From Macrostomum lignano (lineage: Eukaryota): a DNA stretch of 64,000 nucleotides. Made by a program: the position numbers and the translations under genes. The stretch is from NCBI GenBank assembly GCA_002269645.1, contig NIVC01000422.1, forward strand, positions 310,001-374,000. The letters are read 5' to 3'. The first letter of the stretch is position 1. The number at the start of each line of letters is the position of its first letter. Below the pieces are notes generated by a model. It was not told the DNA's origin, did not search any database, and worked only from the letters and a program-made list of their open reading frames with translations. This document shows positions 1-16,329 of this stretch, in pieces.

Positions 1-59
1 TAGATCGTTAGATACAAATGTGGAGTAGTAGATGAAGCAGGTAATGGTAGAAAAAAGGT

Positions 60-235
60 TAAATTGGTAGATAAAACGGTAGATACAGGGGTAGATTGGT
101 AGCTGAATTGGTAGATAAAACGGTAGATACAAGGGTAGATTGGTAGCTAAATTGGTAGATAAAACGGTAGATACAGGGGTAGATTGGTAGCTGAATTGGT
201 AGATAAAACGGTAGATACAGGGGTAGATTGGTACG
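60..235. repeat. ~44-bp tandem repeat (ggtagataaaacggtagatacaggggtagattggtagctgaatt), about 4 copies, 3' of the FBXL gene
   Basis: Unit visibly recurs at ~67, ~111, ~156 and ~200. Confidence 0.85.
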
Positions 236-400
236 AGCTAGCTCTAGAATAATAGAAAGCAGGCACTTCCGTTACTCAATTAACACTGGGACAATATCTC
301 CTACCTAGTACTAATGAAACACACACATGCAGATAAAATGTAAACTACCCTGCAATAAAAAAGCAGACAAAAATAAAACAGAATCCTCAAGCAAATAGAG

Positions 401-5413
<5,013 letters not shown>

Positions 5414-5688
5414 GACGGGAAGAATTTAAGCTGGCAGTAAGGCACAGCAGAATTGATCAATATTTGAATGCGAATTTCAATTGAATTTTAAAGACAAATG
5501 CAGATTTCAATAGATTTCAAAAAGTAATAATAATTTTGTTGTAACGCCTAAAATATCAGAGTTATTGAACTGCAACTGGTTTCATTTAAAAAAAACATAT
5601 TTTGTTCTTTATTTGACAGAGTTTTGGTTCTTCTAAAATGATTGATGTCGGCATGGTGACGCTCTAATCACAGTATACCCTTTGAGCA

Positions 5689-5997
5689 ATGGAAAATAAA
5701 AAAATCGAAGCTCGCACTAAGGTGAAGTTTCTTGTAAAACCTGGTTGTAAGCCAACCGAAATCATTGACGCTTTGAAGAAGGTCTATGGGGACACTGCTC
5801 CCTCAAATCCGACCATTTACCGCTGCATTCAGGCTTTTAAGGCCAAGAGTCAATGGAAGACGCCCAGCGGTCTAGAAGGCCCACAACATCGCGCACAGAG
5901 GAAAATGTGGCAGCTGTGCAACAGGTGATTGAGTGAGCAGGATCGGCGCGTGACCATAGACAATATTGCTGACCAAGTGGGCATCTCTCATGGCATC
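5689..5997 (+). pseudogene. 5' fragment of a mariner transposase (Hsmar2/irritans-like), frameshifted and truncated
   Basis: KIEARTKVKFLVK...EIIDALKKVYGDTAP...IYR, continuing in shifted frames as SMEDAQRSRRPTTS and EQDRRVTIDNIADQVGISHG, matches the two N-terminal HTHs of mariner transposases. No DD34D domain follows. Confidence 0.85.
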
Positions 5998-8915
5998 AAT
6001 CAATAATTCAAAGGCATACTAAATGCCAGATACATAAGGCTGTACAAGCTACATAAGTAAGCCAAATAGAATAATGCAGTTGATTAGAATGTCTGCTATG
6101 CTTGGCCTGAAGGGAAGTGTAAGTCAGTGTATTTGCTACCATTCTAATTTTTTTAGACTTTTATATGTATATTACTAACCATACCCTAATCTATTAACAT
6201 CTAGGTCAGATAATAAAATGTCTTGTTTTGTCTCTAAAAGGAGCAACTAATTTCATTTGCATCAAAGTTACATACTCTAATCTGGTAAGAACATGGCTAG
6301 AGCAAATTGCATAGTAGCCCAATTTATAGCCAGCTGTGGCTATGCATTATAGTGGGTCTGCAATATCAATTTAACCTAACACTGATAGTGACACCCCAGC
6401 TCCAAGTCATGATTCCATATAAAAGCAACCCCTGAAACTTTATGATACTAGCTAATTACTATTGAAACCAAACAATGTACCCATTTGCTGCAGCTATAGG
6501 CAGCTGAATGAAGCAGGATAATGTCAATAAGCTCCAGCAGGCTTGCTGTTTTAGTTTGCAGGTAAGTATTGACAGTTATTGAATGGAGGATTATGGGTAT
6601 ATAAAATAATTGTGAAAATGATTATATATCATTGTCAGTAGAATGAATAAAAGCAAATACTTAAGCCTTCTATTAACATTTTAATATACTTTTTTTAAAT
6701 AGTAAGAAAGTGTAGTGCTATTAGGAATGCATCACTTTCTATAGGCAAAAGAGACTATTGGGATCCCACTGCAGCCCCCAGAGTACTGAGTATATATAAA
6801 CATCAATAATTGTTTTTTAAATATTTTTATTAGGATTGCTTATTAAATATAAGATTAGGTATATAAATTCTTTCAAGTGGATAAGATCACTAGTTATTTA
6901 ATGGAGAAGTCAGTCTTCATTATGGTTAACATTATCAATATGAGCCAAGCAATTGCAAATCAGCCTCTGAAGATTCTTTACTGAAGGTATGCACCCTAGA
7001 GCATGGTTTATGACATAGAAGTATTTTAGCTTCTCTAGTTGAGTTGTGAGCCCCAAGAAGTGCATCTTATTTGTGTCCAATAGTGCTGCTATTATGTTGG
7101 GTTGCCACAATAGAGTGGCATGTTAGCTACAACAAGGCCAAGCCAGCTACCCTGTGTTGATAGAGTTGCACTGCACAGTGCATAGGCACAATATGTATCC
7201 ATGATATATATGACTTCTGTCAGGTGATAAGCATGGTAAATGACTAGCTATATAGTCTTATTGCCTACCTGAGGACATAAAAGAATTGAAGCTACTAGAA
7301 AAGTGATTGAATTATTTAAGAGATAAGACTTGGTTTAGTAGTATCTCACTCAAGTAGGAATCCAAAGAAAATAATAACCCCAAGGGCATCACATATTCTA
7401 ATTATGAAAATACACATTTATTTGATCCCTAGTTATTTCTATGTATAATTTTGAAAAAGTTATATAATCACTAGTTATATAAAACCTCTAAAAAAGTTGA
7501 GCTTAATGTCAAGCATTATTTATATGATTTTTCACATTACCTGCAAGATATGCACCCTGAGCATTTTATCAATGTCAAGTGGCTTAGGTACTACATGGCA
7601 GTCAGTTGCATTTCTGTTTTCAAGAATCAAATGCCACCTAAGCTATAGACAATAGTAATACTTAAGCTATTGCTTAAGGAGTATATAGCACAGGCTTTTT
7701 ACTGACATTGGCAATTATGCAAAATATGCTAGGCATCATAGCATAACACTAAACAAGGCTTTAGAGTAGTAAATTTGTTTTCATCTTGATTTTTGTATCA
7801 TTTCCCATGTTTATTGTAGCATCTTTACTTTATTCATATCCTTAACCCCACCTAAGTAGGCATGGCTTATATCTACTTGACCTAAGAAACCATGGCAAAG
7901 TGGCCCTAATTGAACTGCAGTCCATATTGCTTAATAACTATAGAAAGCTTTGCAAAACTGTCTATGGAGCAATTACAATGGGCTCCTAGACCTAAACTAA
8001 GAACTGGAGTCATCGGATACACCTACTATTGACCAAATAGGTTCCAACTAAATGAATAGTTTCTGCCCAAACATGAGCTGAAGTTGCTACAGCTTGCTTG
8101 ACTTCTATGTTGACAATCCTACTTATTGACCAGCGAACTCTATGCATCAATTGATTCAAAATTTGGCTAACTGGTTCCCTGATTGGCCAACTGAGCCCAT
8201 GTATTCAAATAGCTAAAATACTCTCCTAGCTATTAATAAGATAGCATGATTCAAAAACAAATAACTTACTTGCTCATTTACTTATCTTTGATCTAGCATC
8301 TGAGATGCTAGTCCTGAGCCAAGGTGAAGCCTTTACCAAATATGACCATAAAAGCATTAAATGGCTTGGTCACTTTATTGTGAAATTTTAGTTTTGGCTT
8401 GCCAAGTGCAAACATGACTTCAATCTAGACAAGCTTAAAAGAACAATTGACATTAGAATAATCTAGTTTTTGCTCTAAAGTGATATACTTCTACAATAGC
8501 AAAACATTTGGCTAATGCACTTTTTTGCTTATGGCTACGTGAAATTCTAAAGACTAGCCACTCTTATTATGTTTAGCAAATATTTTTCCACTTTTATTAT
8601 AGACAGCTCCATTATTAAGCAAAGTTTCTTATTTTTTATCAAGCAAAATTGAGTGCAATCAACTAGAAATAAAAAAGTATATCTTAATATTGTACAAGAG
8701 TTTTCTATATGATTATGCCATTGTACTATAAGAGCACAATGCCTAACACAAGTGCTACTAGAATCTATTAGAAGTTGATATCAATAAAGTTTGTCAATAC
8801 CATTGCCTATGGTATGACAACTAAAGCATTTAACTCAATGATACATAATTAAATGCATTTTAAATGTCTATATAATAACTTTGCTTAGTGATTATATATA
8901 AGTAGTATTTTTGCT
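5998..8915. other. AT-rich block almost devoid of CpG; probably decayed TE or coding DNA
   Basis: By eye only three CG dinucleotides (near 8014, 8134, 8538) in ~2.9 kb. CA, TG and TA are abundant. Confidence 0.8.
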
Positions 8916-8952
8916 TTAACCTTTTCAAGCCTGAATTCCTAAATAGAAAGCT

Positions 8953-11277
8953 TCGTTCCTGCCGGCATGGTCAGCAGAGCTGACCATAGACTATTTCAAG
9001 TTTTCAGTGAACTGAATTGCACTACCACTCCTGCCGATAAGCCAGCCATCGCTGGTCTAATCTAGGGTTGAAGGAGAATGTACATTTGGAATGGGTTGCA
9101 CACACGCTTATCAAAACTGTACAAGACTGGCCATAGACAGTCCAGTTTTAGTAGATTAAGGGCTGTGCCAAATTCTGTACAATTCTATTCATGTAATTCA
9201 AATCAATCCAAATATGGATATTCTGTTGACTTCCGACTCCGAAAGTGACGTTGGAATAGCGGAGAACTCCGAGTCGTCTGAGTCGGTCACTATCAGCGAA
9301 GTAGAAGACGATTGGCAGTTTGTGGAGCCAGGCGAAGACATTGTTGAAGACGGCCCCAGTTTCACTGGAATTTTGGGTGTAAACCCCAGCATTGTCCTTC
9401 CCGAAGACCGTGAAGACATCCAATATTTTCTACGACTGTTTCTAACTGATGAGCTGCTGGATAAGATCATGGAGTGGACAAACGCAAAAGCTTGGGCTGA
9501 GTATGAGCAGGCGACACATGATGGAGAAGATGTTTCGAGCCTGCTGAAGTCATGGAAGGACACAAACCGCAGTGAGATATCCAAGCTGTTGGGTATGTAC
9601 CTGTTCATGGGCATCTCATGGAAGCCGGAACTGCATGATTACTGGAGCACCAGTGTCATTCACAGTACTCCGTTTTTTCAATCGCCCAATGGCTTGACCC
9701 GTGACCGATTCAAGCAGCTGCTGGCCTTCCTTCGTTTCTACGATGCACGAGCACCCGCCTCGAACGACCCACTGCACAAGATTCGGCCACTGCTCCGTCT
9801 GGCTCAGCAGCTCTGCGCGAACGTGTACCAGCCGGAGCAGCAGGTCAGCGTCGACGAGTCCATGATTCTGTACAAGGGGCGCCTTCAGTTTAGGCAGTAC
9901 ATCCCATCGAAGAGAGCCAGAGTTGGAATTAAAATGTACTGTGCCTGTGAGTCTGCATCTGGCTACCTGTATAACTTTCTAGTACATTCGACTGCTGAAG
10001 AGAACTCTCATTTTGGCGACGACCTCGGTTGTGACCAGCTGTCTCTAAGCGAGAAAATCGTAGTGCACCTTTGCAAGGACCTGCTCGATTTCGGCTATCA
10101 CCTTTTCGTCGACAAGTGGTTTGCCTCAGTACGGCTTGCGACTTTTCTGTACGAACGCAGCACACTGCTGACAGCAACTGTTCGAGCCGACCATGGAGTG
10201 CCGTTGGCATTGCGCAGTCAGCAGGTGCCATTGAATGACGTAGTTTTCATGAGGAAGCTGCCAGTGCTGGCCATGAAAATCCTGGAGCGCAAGGAAGCGG
10301 CTTGAAAACATTCTTCATGATTGACACCCACGGCTCAGCTCAGAAAGTAGCGACGAACCGAATTCGCAAGAATGGTGAAGCTGTGCAAGTGCAGAAAAGC
10401 GCCTCGAACCTGCTGTACAACCGCTGCATGGGAGGCGTTGACCGACTCAATGCCATGCTGAAACCGTACGACAGCTGCCGCAAAACCTACAAGTGGTTTC
10501 ATAAGTTGGGGTTTCATCTCTGCCTGCTGCTTGTACACAATGCATGGGTTGTATACTCAAAGCACGGTGGCCAGCTGCAGTTCTTCAAATTCCTGGAGAG
10601 CTGTATCACCGTACTGGTTGACTCCACGGGACCAGGAAGACAGCGAACGGCAGCTAGGCAACCAGCGGCGGCCGCAGCTCAGCAGCACTTTCCATCAAAG
10701 CTGCCTCCGAGAGAATCGTGCCCGAGGCCGGTGAAGCGATGCCGCGTGTGCTACCGCAACGGCACTGCGAAGCGCACCGTGTTCTGCTGCAGTGCGTGTC
10801 CGAATGCACCTGGACTGTGCCCAAGTCCCTGCTTTGAACGGTGGCATGTGAATCACTGAATTAAAGAACTCCTTTCACCAGCCGTACTATATAATTCGCG
10901 TTTGTATTCGGCATTGACTATTAATTTTTTACCTTTATGTTAAGACAAAAATAATTAAATGTCCAACTGCGGCACTCTACCACAATATTGTTCCCTGTAT
11001 TATTATATGCTACTATACGAGTGTACATGTAGTTGCGTCTCAAAATCATAAATTTTTTGTTGCTTTTGGACAAATATCTTCTTTTGCTTGAACTTTAACT
11101 TTAACTTTCCCTTTAACTTTATAGTTCGAAATTAATTCAACAATAAACTGCATCTTTCTTCTGTGCCATTGTTAGTACATGAAACTTGCTCTAGTGGTCG
11201 CTACAGAGTGCTACAGACTGAGTGAGTGCGCTATTTATTCCATGGTCAGCTCAGCTGACCATGCTCGGCAGGAAAGG
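8953..11277 (+). mobile_element. piggyBac-family DNA transposon (PGBD4-like)
   Basis: Inverted ends: tcgttcctgccg-gcatggtcagcagagctgaccat at 8953 and the reverse complement of atggtcagctcagctgaccatgctcggcaggaaagg ending at 11277. AGCT lies on both flanks (8949-8952, 11278-11281). Encloses a piggyBac transposase. Confidence 0.8.
9214..10859 (+). pseudogene. piggyBac transposase (DDE_Tnp_1_7 type) split by a single frameshift near 10295
   Basis: Catalytic-region motifs VSVDESMILYKGR, LFVDKWF and MGGVDRLN; C-terminal cysteine-rich domain CRVC...CCSACP..PGLCPSPCFERWH. ORFs 9214-10305 and 10302-10859 join across aaggaagcggcttga. Confidence 0.92.
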
Positions 11278-12143
11278 AGCTGCAATTCTGTGCCTCACTG
11301 GCCATAGACTACCAATTTTTTTTTCTCGTCACCTTCTTTTCTATGGCTATGGTCAGCTCTGCTAGCCACCCGGCATCTAAGGGTTAACAATTTATTTATA
11401 AGTTCTAACTTGAAATATTACTTTATAGTTTTCAACCCACTTTGGTAAAGGAATTTTTGACAAAAGTCAATAATGGCAAAAAATTGCAATTAACCATTTT
11501 GTTTAAAGCTAGCCATTTAAGCCAACAATTTATTAAGAGTGGTCTAAGCTTTGGCAAAGAATTTTTGTTATTTTATAAAAAGTCAAAATGAAAGAAGATG
11601 AACTTTATTAACACTATTGTTATATGCTTTCTATTTTGTAGCAATTTTACTATTCAATAAATAAAATGTTGCTTTACTAGATTAGATGCCTTTCTATTAT
11701 AATAAGATTTCAAAGTACAATTTTTATGAGATATTGCAAGTCATGCAAAGAGTTCTTGTGAGAGAAGCTCATATTTCTCTTCTCCATTATTTATCTTTTC
11801 TCCCTCCTTTGGCTTGCAATCATCAGGGACTCCTGAGCGCATTTTGCTTAGGGGCCCAGCAAAGTAGACCTAGAAGGGCAGTCATTGCGCTAGGTTCTAA
11901 ATTTGGCCCTTGAGATAAAAAGTTTGCTGACCCACATGTAAAAGCACTAGGCTTAGGAACATGGCCATTGTGCAGTCCACCAATTGTTATAACTCCATAG
12001 AGAACTTTATAGCAGTTCTCAATGCATTTTGATAGGAGAAATACCCAGTCCATCTTATATAGTTGCATGTATGGTCGCATAAGACACAAATACTCAAGAT
12101 TCATTAATGCCCAGACACATGAATGCGTATGCAAGTGCGCATC

Positions 12144-12721
12144 CGGTGGTGTGATTGGAAAGTTTGCCAAATTTCGCACCAACTGAAAATTTTCGCGCCA
12201 TGCCAATAATATTCTACTGACAGCCAAATAAGTCAATAGATGATACTTTTGAAGATGTGTCTGGCTACCAATTAGCATGTCTCTCAAGTCCCAGCCGTGT
12301 CCCGCCTGAACTTCTTGTTGGCAATGTCTCGGGCAGACGACTGCTCGTGCTGGTGATTGACGACGTTGACAGCAGCTCAGCAGCCTTGCGCTTCAAGACA
12401 AGCTCAGCTAGCTTCTCTGCCTCCTTCTGCTTCTTCTTCTGCACATTCTGCTGCTGACACCTCAGTTCTTCAATCTTGGCGTCCTTGCTCTTGGTGGCCG
12501 CCATCAACTCGTGAAGCAGCAGTTAGATTAATCTCTTAGACCTAAGCTATGACATTCTTGTATTTCATACTGTCTGACAAGAGAATAAGTATAAAAAGCA
12601 GAAAATAAGAATGCAATTTTCGCGCCCATGGTTCCACAAAATTTCGCGCCAGACCCCTAAGATTTGCGCATTCGCGCCATTTTCGCGCCTGGCGCGAATT
12701 CGCGCCTGAATCACACCACTG
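12144..12721. mobile_element. Non-autonomous hAT-type element (578 bp) with C(A/G)GTGGTGTGATT terminal inverted repeats and multiple ttcgcgcc subterminal motifs
   Basis: cggtggtgtgatt at 12144 and aatcacaccactg ending at 12721. The 8-bp flanks tgcgcatc and tatgcatc are a near-duplicate. Superfamily is inferred from TSD length. Confidence 0.7.
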
Positions 12722-14445
12722 TATGCATCATTAATGCCCAGATAGTATGAGTGCGTATGGGTAACGCATTTGTATAGAATATTTTGCATCGAAACATTTA
12801 ACCTAATGGAATCTGGTATTGCAAAATTGCAAAATTTAATCATTTAAAAAAATATCGCAATAAATAAAACAAGTCATCAATATAATAATTGTAAGCGATA
12901 CAAGATTATGCAGCTATGTCAGCCACATATGCGTATCATTCATATAATGAAAATTTTGGTCACTTTGTCAACAAGCAAATGGGAAAGATTGGTCACTTTG
13001 TTAACCACCAGTAAAGCCACCCTAATACTTTGGTCACTTTGTCAACCAAGTTGACAAAATACCAGTTGACAAAATGACTATTACCCGTGATTGGCCAGCT
13101 GTTGTGAGCATTATTATGATCCTTATTCCCTAGCCCCACCTCTATCCAATGATGATAATATATTTGCTGTCTAGCTACAAAGTTTATTCATAACTTATAA
13201 ACAAAAAGTTAAGTAGTACATTGGTCCAGTCAAGTCAACATTTAATTAGGTCTTTTGGGTAGCCTAATATTTTTAAATATATTTGTACACTTTAAAAAAT
13301 CATGATTTCATTATCTTTACTTTAACAGTTAAAATTCTTTTAAGAGACACAGTCTAAATGATTTTTAATATTGTATACTGATATTGTTATTTGTCAATAT
13401 TGTAACATGAATATTGATATCATATTTAATATTTTATTAGTAGACAAATGACTGCACTGTATTTTTGAAGATGAAAGAGTGGTAGACAAACTAGCAGCAG
13501 ATGAAACAACTATCAACCTTAACTTTGTCTAACTTGGAATATTTTAACCAAGTTGTTCTAACTCATAATTCAACCATAATGATATTAGACCTACAAGTCA
13601 GAACAACAATTGTAAAAACTGTATTACGAGTTGTAATAATGGTTAAAGCATTTCAAGTCTGACTTAAGAGGTTAGAGGTATAGTATTTAAGAATTTAAAT
13701 TTCTTTCACATAAGCCTAAGGCTTAAAAGCAGACTTGACATGGTTCTAGTTTACTTCGTTATATTCCAACCCCCTACCCTTGAAATGAATAGAGGGCAAA
13801 ATAATTTAACACAGTAAACTAGAACTATGCTGCAGACTTTACACAAGAGTTTCTAAAAACTAAAAAGTAAAAGTGTCTTTGCAAAGTAAATTAGCAATTA
13901 GCATCAAACAAAATAAATTTAAATAAGCTAAAGACCTTAAGCATGGGAGGAACAAAATAGTTAGAGTAGGCCCCTAGTTCAGAATAAGACATTATCACAA
14001 TGACAAACATGGTATGTGTCCTATCCTATATAGCATTATAGCAATAAGGTGACACTGACGTCTGTCAACAAAGTGATTGAGCAACTAAACAGTCACATAC
14101 TTGAGGGGACTGCTGGGTTAATGTTGAGTTATCCTCTTAGCTAGCGCTCTTAAATTGAAGCCTTAAAATTGAAAGAAGAGTTCGTGCTGCAATGTACAAA
14201 TCATGTAAATTTTTAAATGGCGGTTGTGGTTGTGAGAACATCGAACACTAACATTAGGCCTAAGTCTAACTTGATGTGATTATCTAGTGATTTAAAAGTA
14301 CATGTACAGCAGTATTAGTGTCTCAAATTTATACTGTCGAGACCATTAATTAGTGTTTTATTTGCATATCTATTGTTACATTATAATCTTTGATAATTAT
14401 ACAGCTATATATGTTTTACACTCTTACAGTAGGAGCGGCCTAACC

Positions 14446-15522
14446 TGAGGTGGGGCGGAGGAGAATTTTCTTGGTAGTTCTCGGTTTTGAAAATTTGCTG
14501 ACACCAGTGAGGTGGGGCGGATTCCTCGTTTGAATTTCCGCCGAATGTTGCGTTCGCACGAATAAAACCGGAAAAATCGCGCAGATGAATCACAACGGAA
14601 TTTCTTCTCCTTTTCTCCGACTGCCGGGTCCTCAAGTCCGGGGGGAGGGTAGTCGTAATCGTAGCAGAGCGGTCGTTTAGCGGCTCGGGTCGTTCAAAGG
14701 GATGAAACACCGGAGATTTCTGGCTCCGTAAATTAATGCGTCGATGTGTTGAACTGGTTACTTTCAGTAGGGTAGTTGCTGCCACCACCGTAATTTACGT
14801 ATTACGGAACGGATAAGTCTCAGAGCTTTCTTTGAGATGAGAACTTGGTTATTTTACGCCCCACGGGCAAATGACTCAATAAATGCTATGGCTTATGTCA
14901 ACAGATTAAATATGGTTCGGAATAATGATTATGGGCTTGGTTTATTAATAAAAAAACTAATGCAGGCTTATGATTAGAAATTTGACTTTTAGACGACTGA
15001 GATGCTCACGGGCGCCGGTGCGCTAAATAAACTTAAGAACGAAAACTAGACAAGGGTAGACAAGGGGCACAGGTTGACAAGGGAGGGGTGAGTGTGTTTT
15101 GGAAAAGGAAACAGGCGGAAAGATGAAGAGGAAAAACAAAAAAACAAAACAAACAAACAGAACCGAAACAAAAAAACTATGAGAACAATTCATCGTGCGC
15201 AGATTATAAATAAGAGGGAGAAATTCATGCACAACGCTTGGAAGTAAAAATGGACAGGCCGATGGAGCAAAATTTCAAAGCGTGGATACATTGGGTGGAC
15301 GGCTTGCCGCAAAGGAAAAGGGGGAAAAATATTAACAAAATCCACCGCAAGGGGGCGTGTTTTAACACCCAGTGGAAACTAAAACAGTGGCTGGACGGCC
15401 ACTTGACGGAAAAATGACGCGTTGGAAATTCAATAGATGGATAAAAAAATTAATGTTTCTTGGGCATGCAAACTAGCGTAATTGTGTGATTAAATGTTCC
15501 ACAGTGGCACTCGACTGCCACA
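14446..15522 (-). repeat. 3' LTR of the Gypsy element
   Basis: Identical to 23759-24835 in every segment I spot-checked and in the translated ORFs shared by both copies. AATAAA on the minus strand at 14946-14941. Confidence 0.96.
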
Positions 15523-15552
15523 TGCGCGGGGTGGCCGGAGGGTTGCGCAGAG

Positions 15553-16329
15553 TTAGCAGCAGCCGCTGCTTCCTTGGCCACCGCGGCGTCCGCGTCCGGC
15601 AGCTCGGCCGCCTCGGTTGGCCGGGTGGTCTCCTCGAGCAGGATGCTCGGGGTCGGCGTTCCTCGCCGTTCTGGGCCGGTCGCTAGCTGAGCTGGCCAGC
15701 CGGGCGTTCTTGAAAAAGTGCTCAATTCCGGGGGTTATTCCCCGTCGGCGGGCTGCGTGCTCCACAATTAGGGCGAATAGGCTGCAGCAAGGCCCAATTT
15801 GCTGACCGTTAGTATCTCGTCGTAGTCTTTTGCCGATGAGAGCGGCCGTGGTCTCGAGAGCTTGGGTGACGTCCGTCGCTGGGAACTGCCGGGCGAGGCT
15901 GCTCCAGCTGCGGCAGTCGTTAACCGCTTTAGGCCCGGGGCCGCTAGCAACTTCCCAGATGAGCAGCTCCGTTAGCTGCTGCGTGTGCTCCAGGGCGGCA
16001 GCGGTGACGGCCTCCGGGGCGTTGGGCTCGGCGTCTGGCCGTCCTGGATTGGCGTCGTCGTGCCAGTCGGCCGGCGGTAGAGGGGGCGTTAGGTTTCCGG
16101 GTTCCAGTAATCGTACGATGTCGTCCAACTCATCGTGGACGGGCGACGGCGCGGCTCGGACCCTGTCGAGCAGAGGGTCCAGCCAGGGGTCCGGACTCGG
16201 ATTAGGAGCGCGCGGCAGGATTGGGTTGACGGCAGGTCCCATCGGAATCCCTCGATCTTCGTTTAGCAGATCTAGCATCGGTTGCTGACCGGCCGGAGCT
16301 CCAGCTCCCCACATCGGGTCGTCATACAT
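15553..16329 (-). CDS. Extra sense-strand ORF3 of the Gypsy element, 258 aa from ATG 16329, function unknown
   Basis: Open GC-rich frame between pol and the 3' LTR. Pro/Asp-rich N-terminus, predicted helical core, RGG-like tail ending GCC-stop. No signal peptide or transmembrane stretch. Confidence 0.65.
   Translation of the reverse strand: MYDDPMWGAGAPAGQQPMLDLLNEDRGIPMGPAVNPILPRAPNPSPDPWLDPLLDRVRAAPSPVHDELDDIVRLLEPGNLTPPLPPADWHDDANPGRPDAEPNAPEAVTAAALEHTQQLTELLIWEVASGPGPKAVNDCRSWSSLARQFPATDVTQALETTAALIGKRLRRDTNGQQIGPCCSLFALIVEHAARRRGITPGIEHFFKNARLASSASDRPRTARNADPEHPARGDHPANRGGRAAGRGRRGGQGSSGCC

Noticed and set aside
6910-7110. 66-aa ORF in the CpG-erased block as a gene
   Set aside because: Looks like a remnant of decayed coding DNA. 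I cannot assign a family without a search.
12955-13090. Repeated ggtcactttgtcaac / ttgacaaaat motifs as a regulatory array
   Set aside because: Most likely a solitary DNA-transposon end. No partner end was found in the window.
15023-15232. Hydrophobic 69-aa ORF in both LTRs (also 24336-24545)
   Set aside because: Arises from a T-rich U3 tract, with no other coding evidence.
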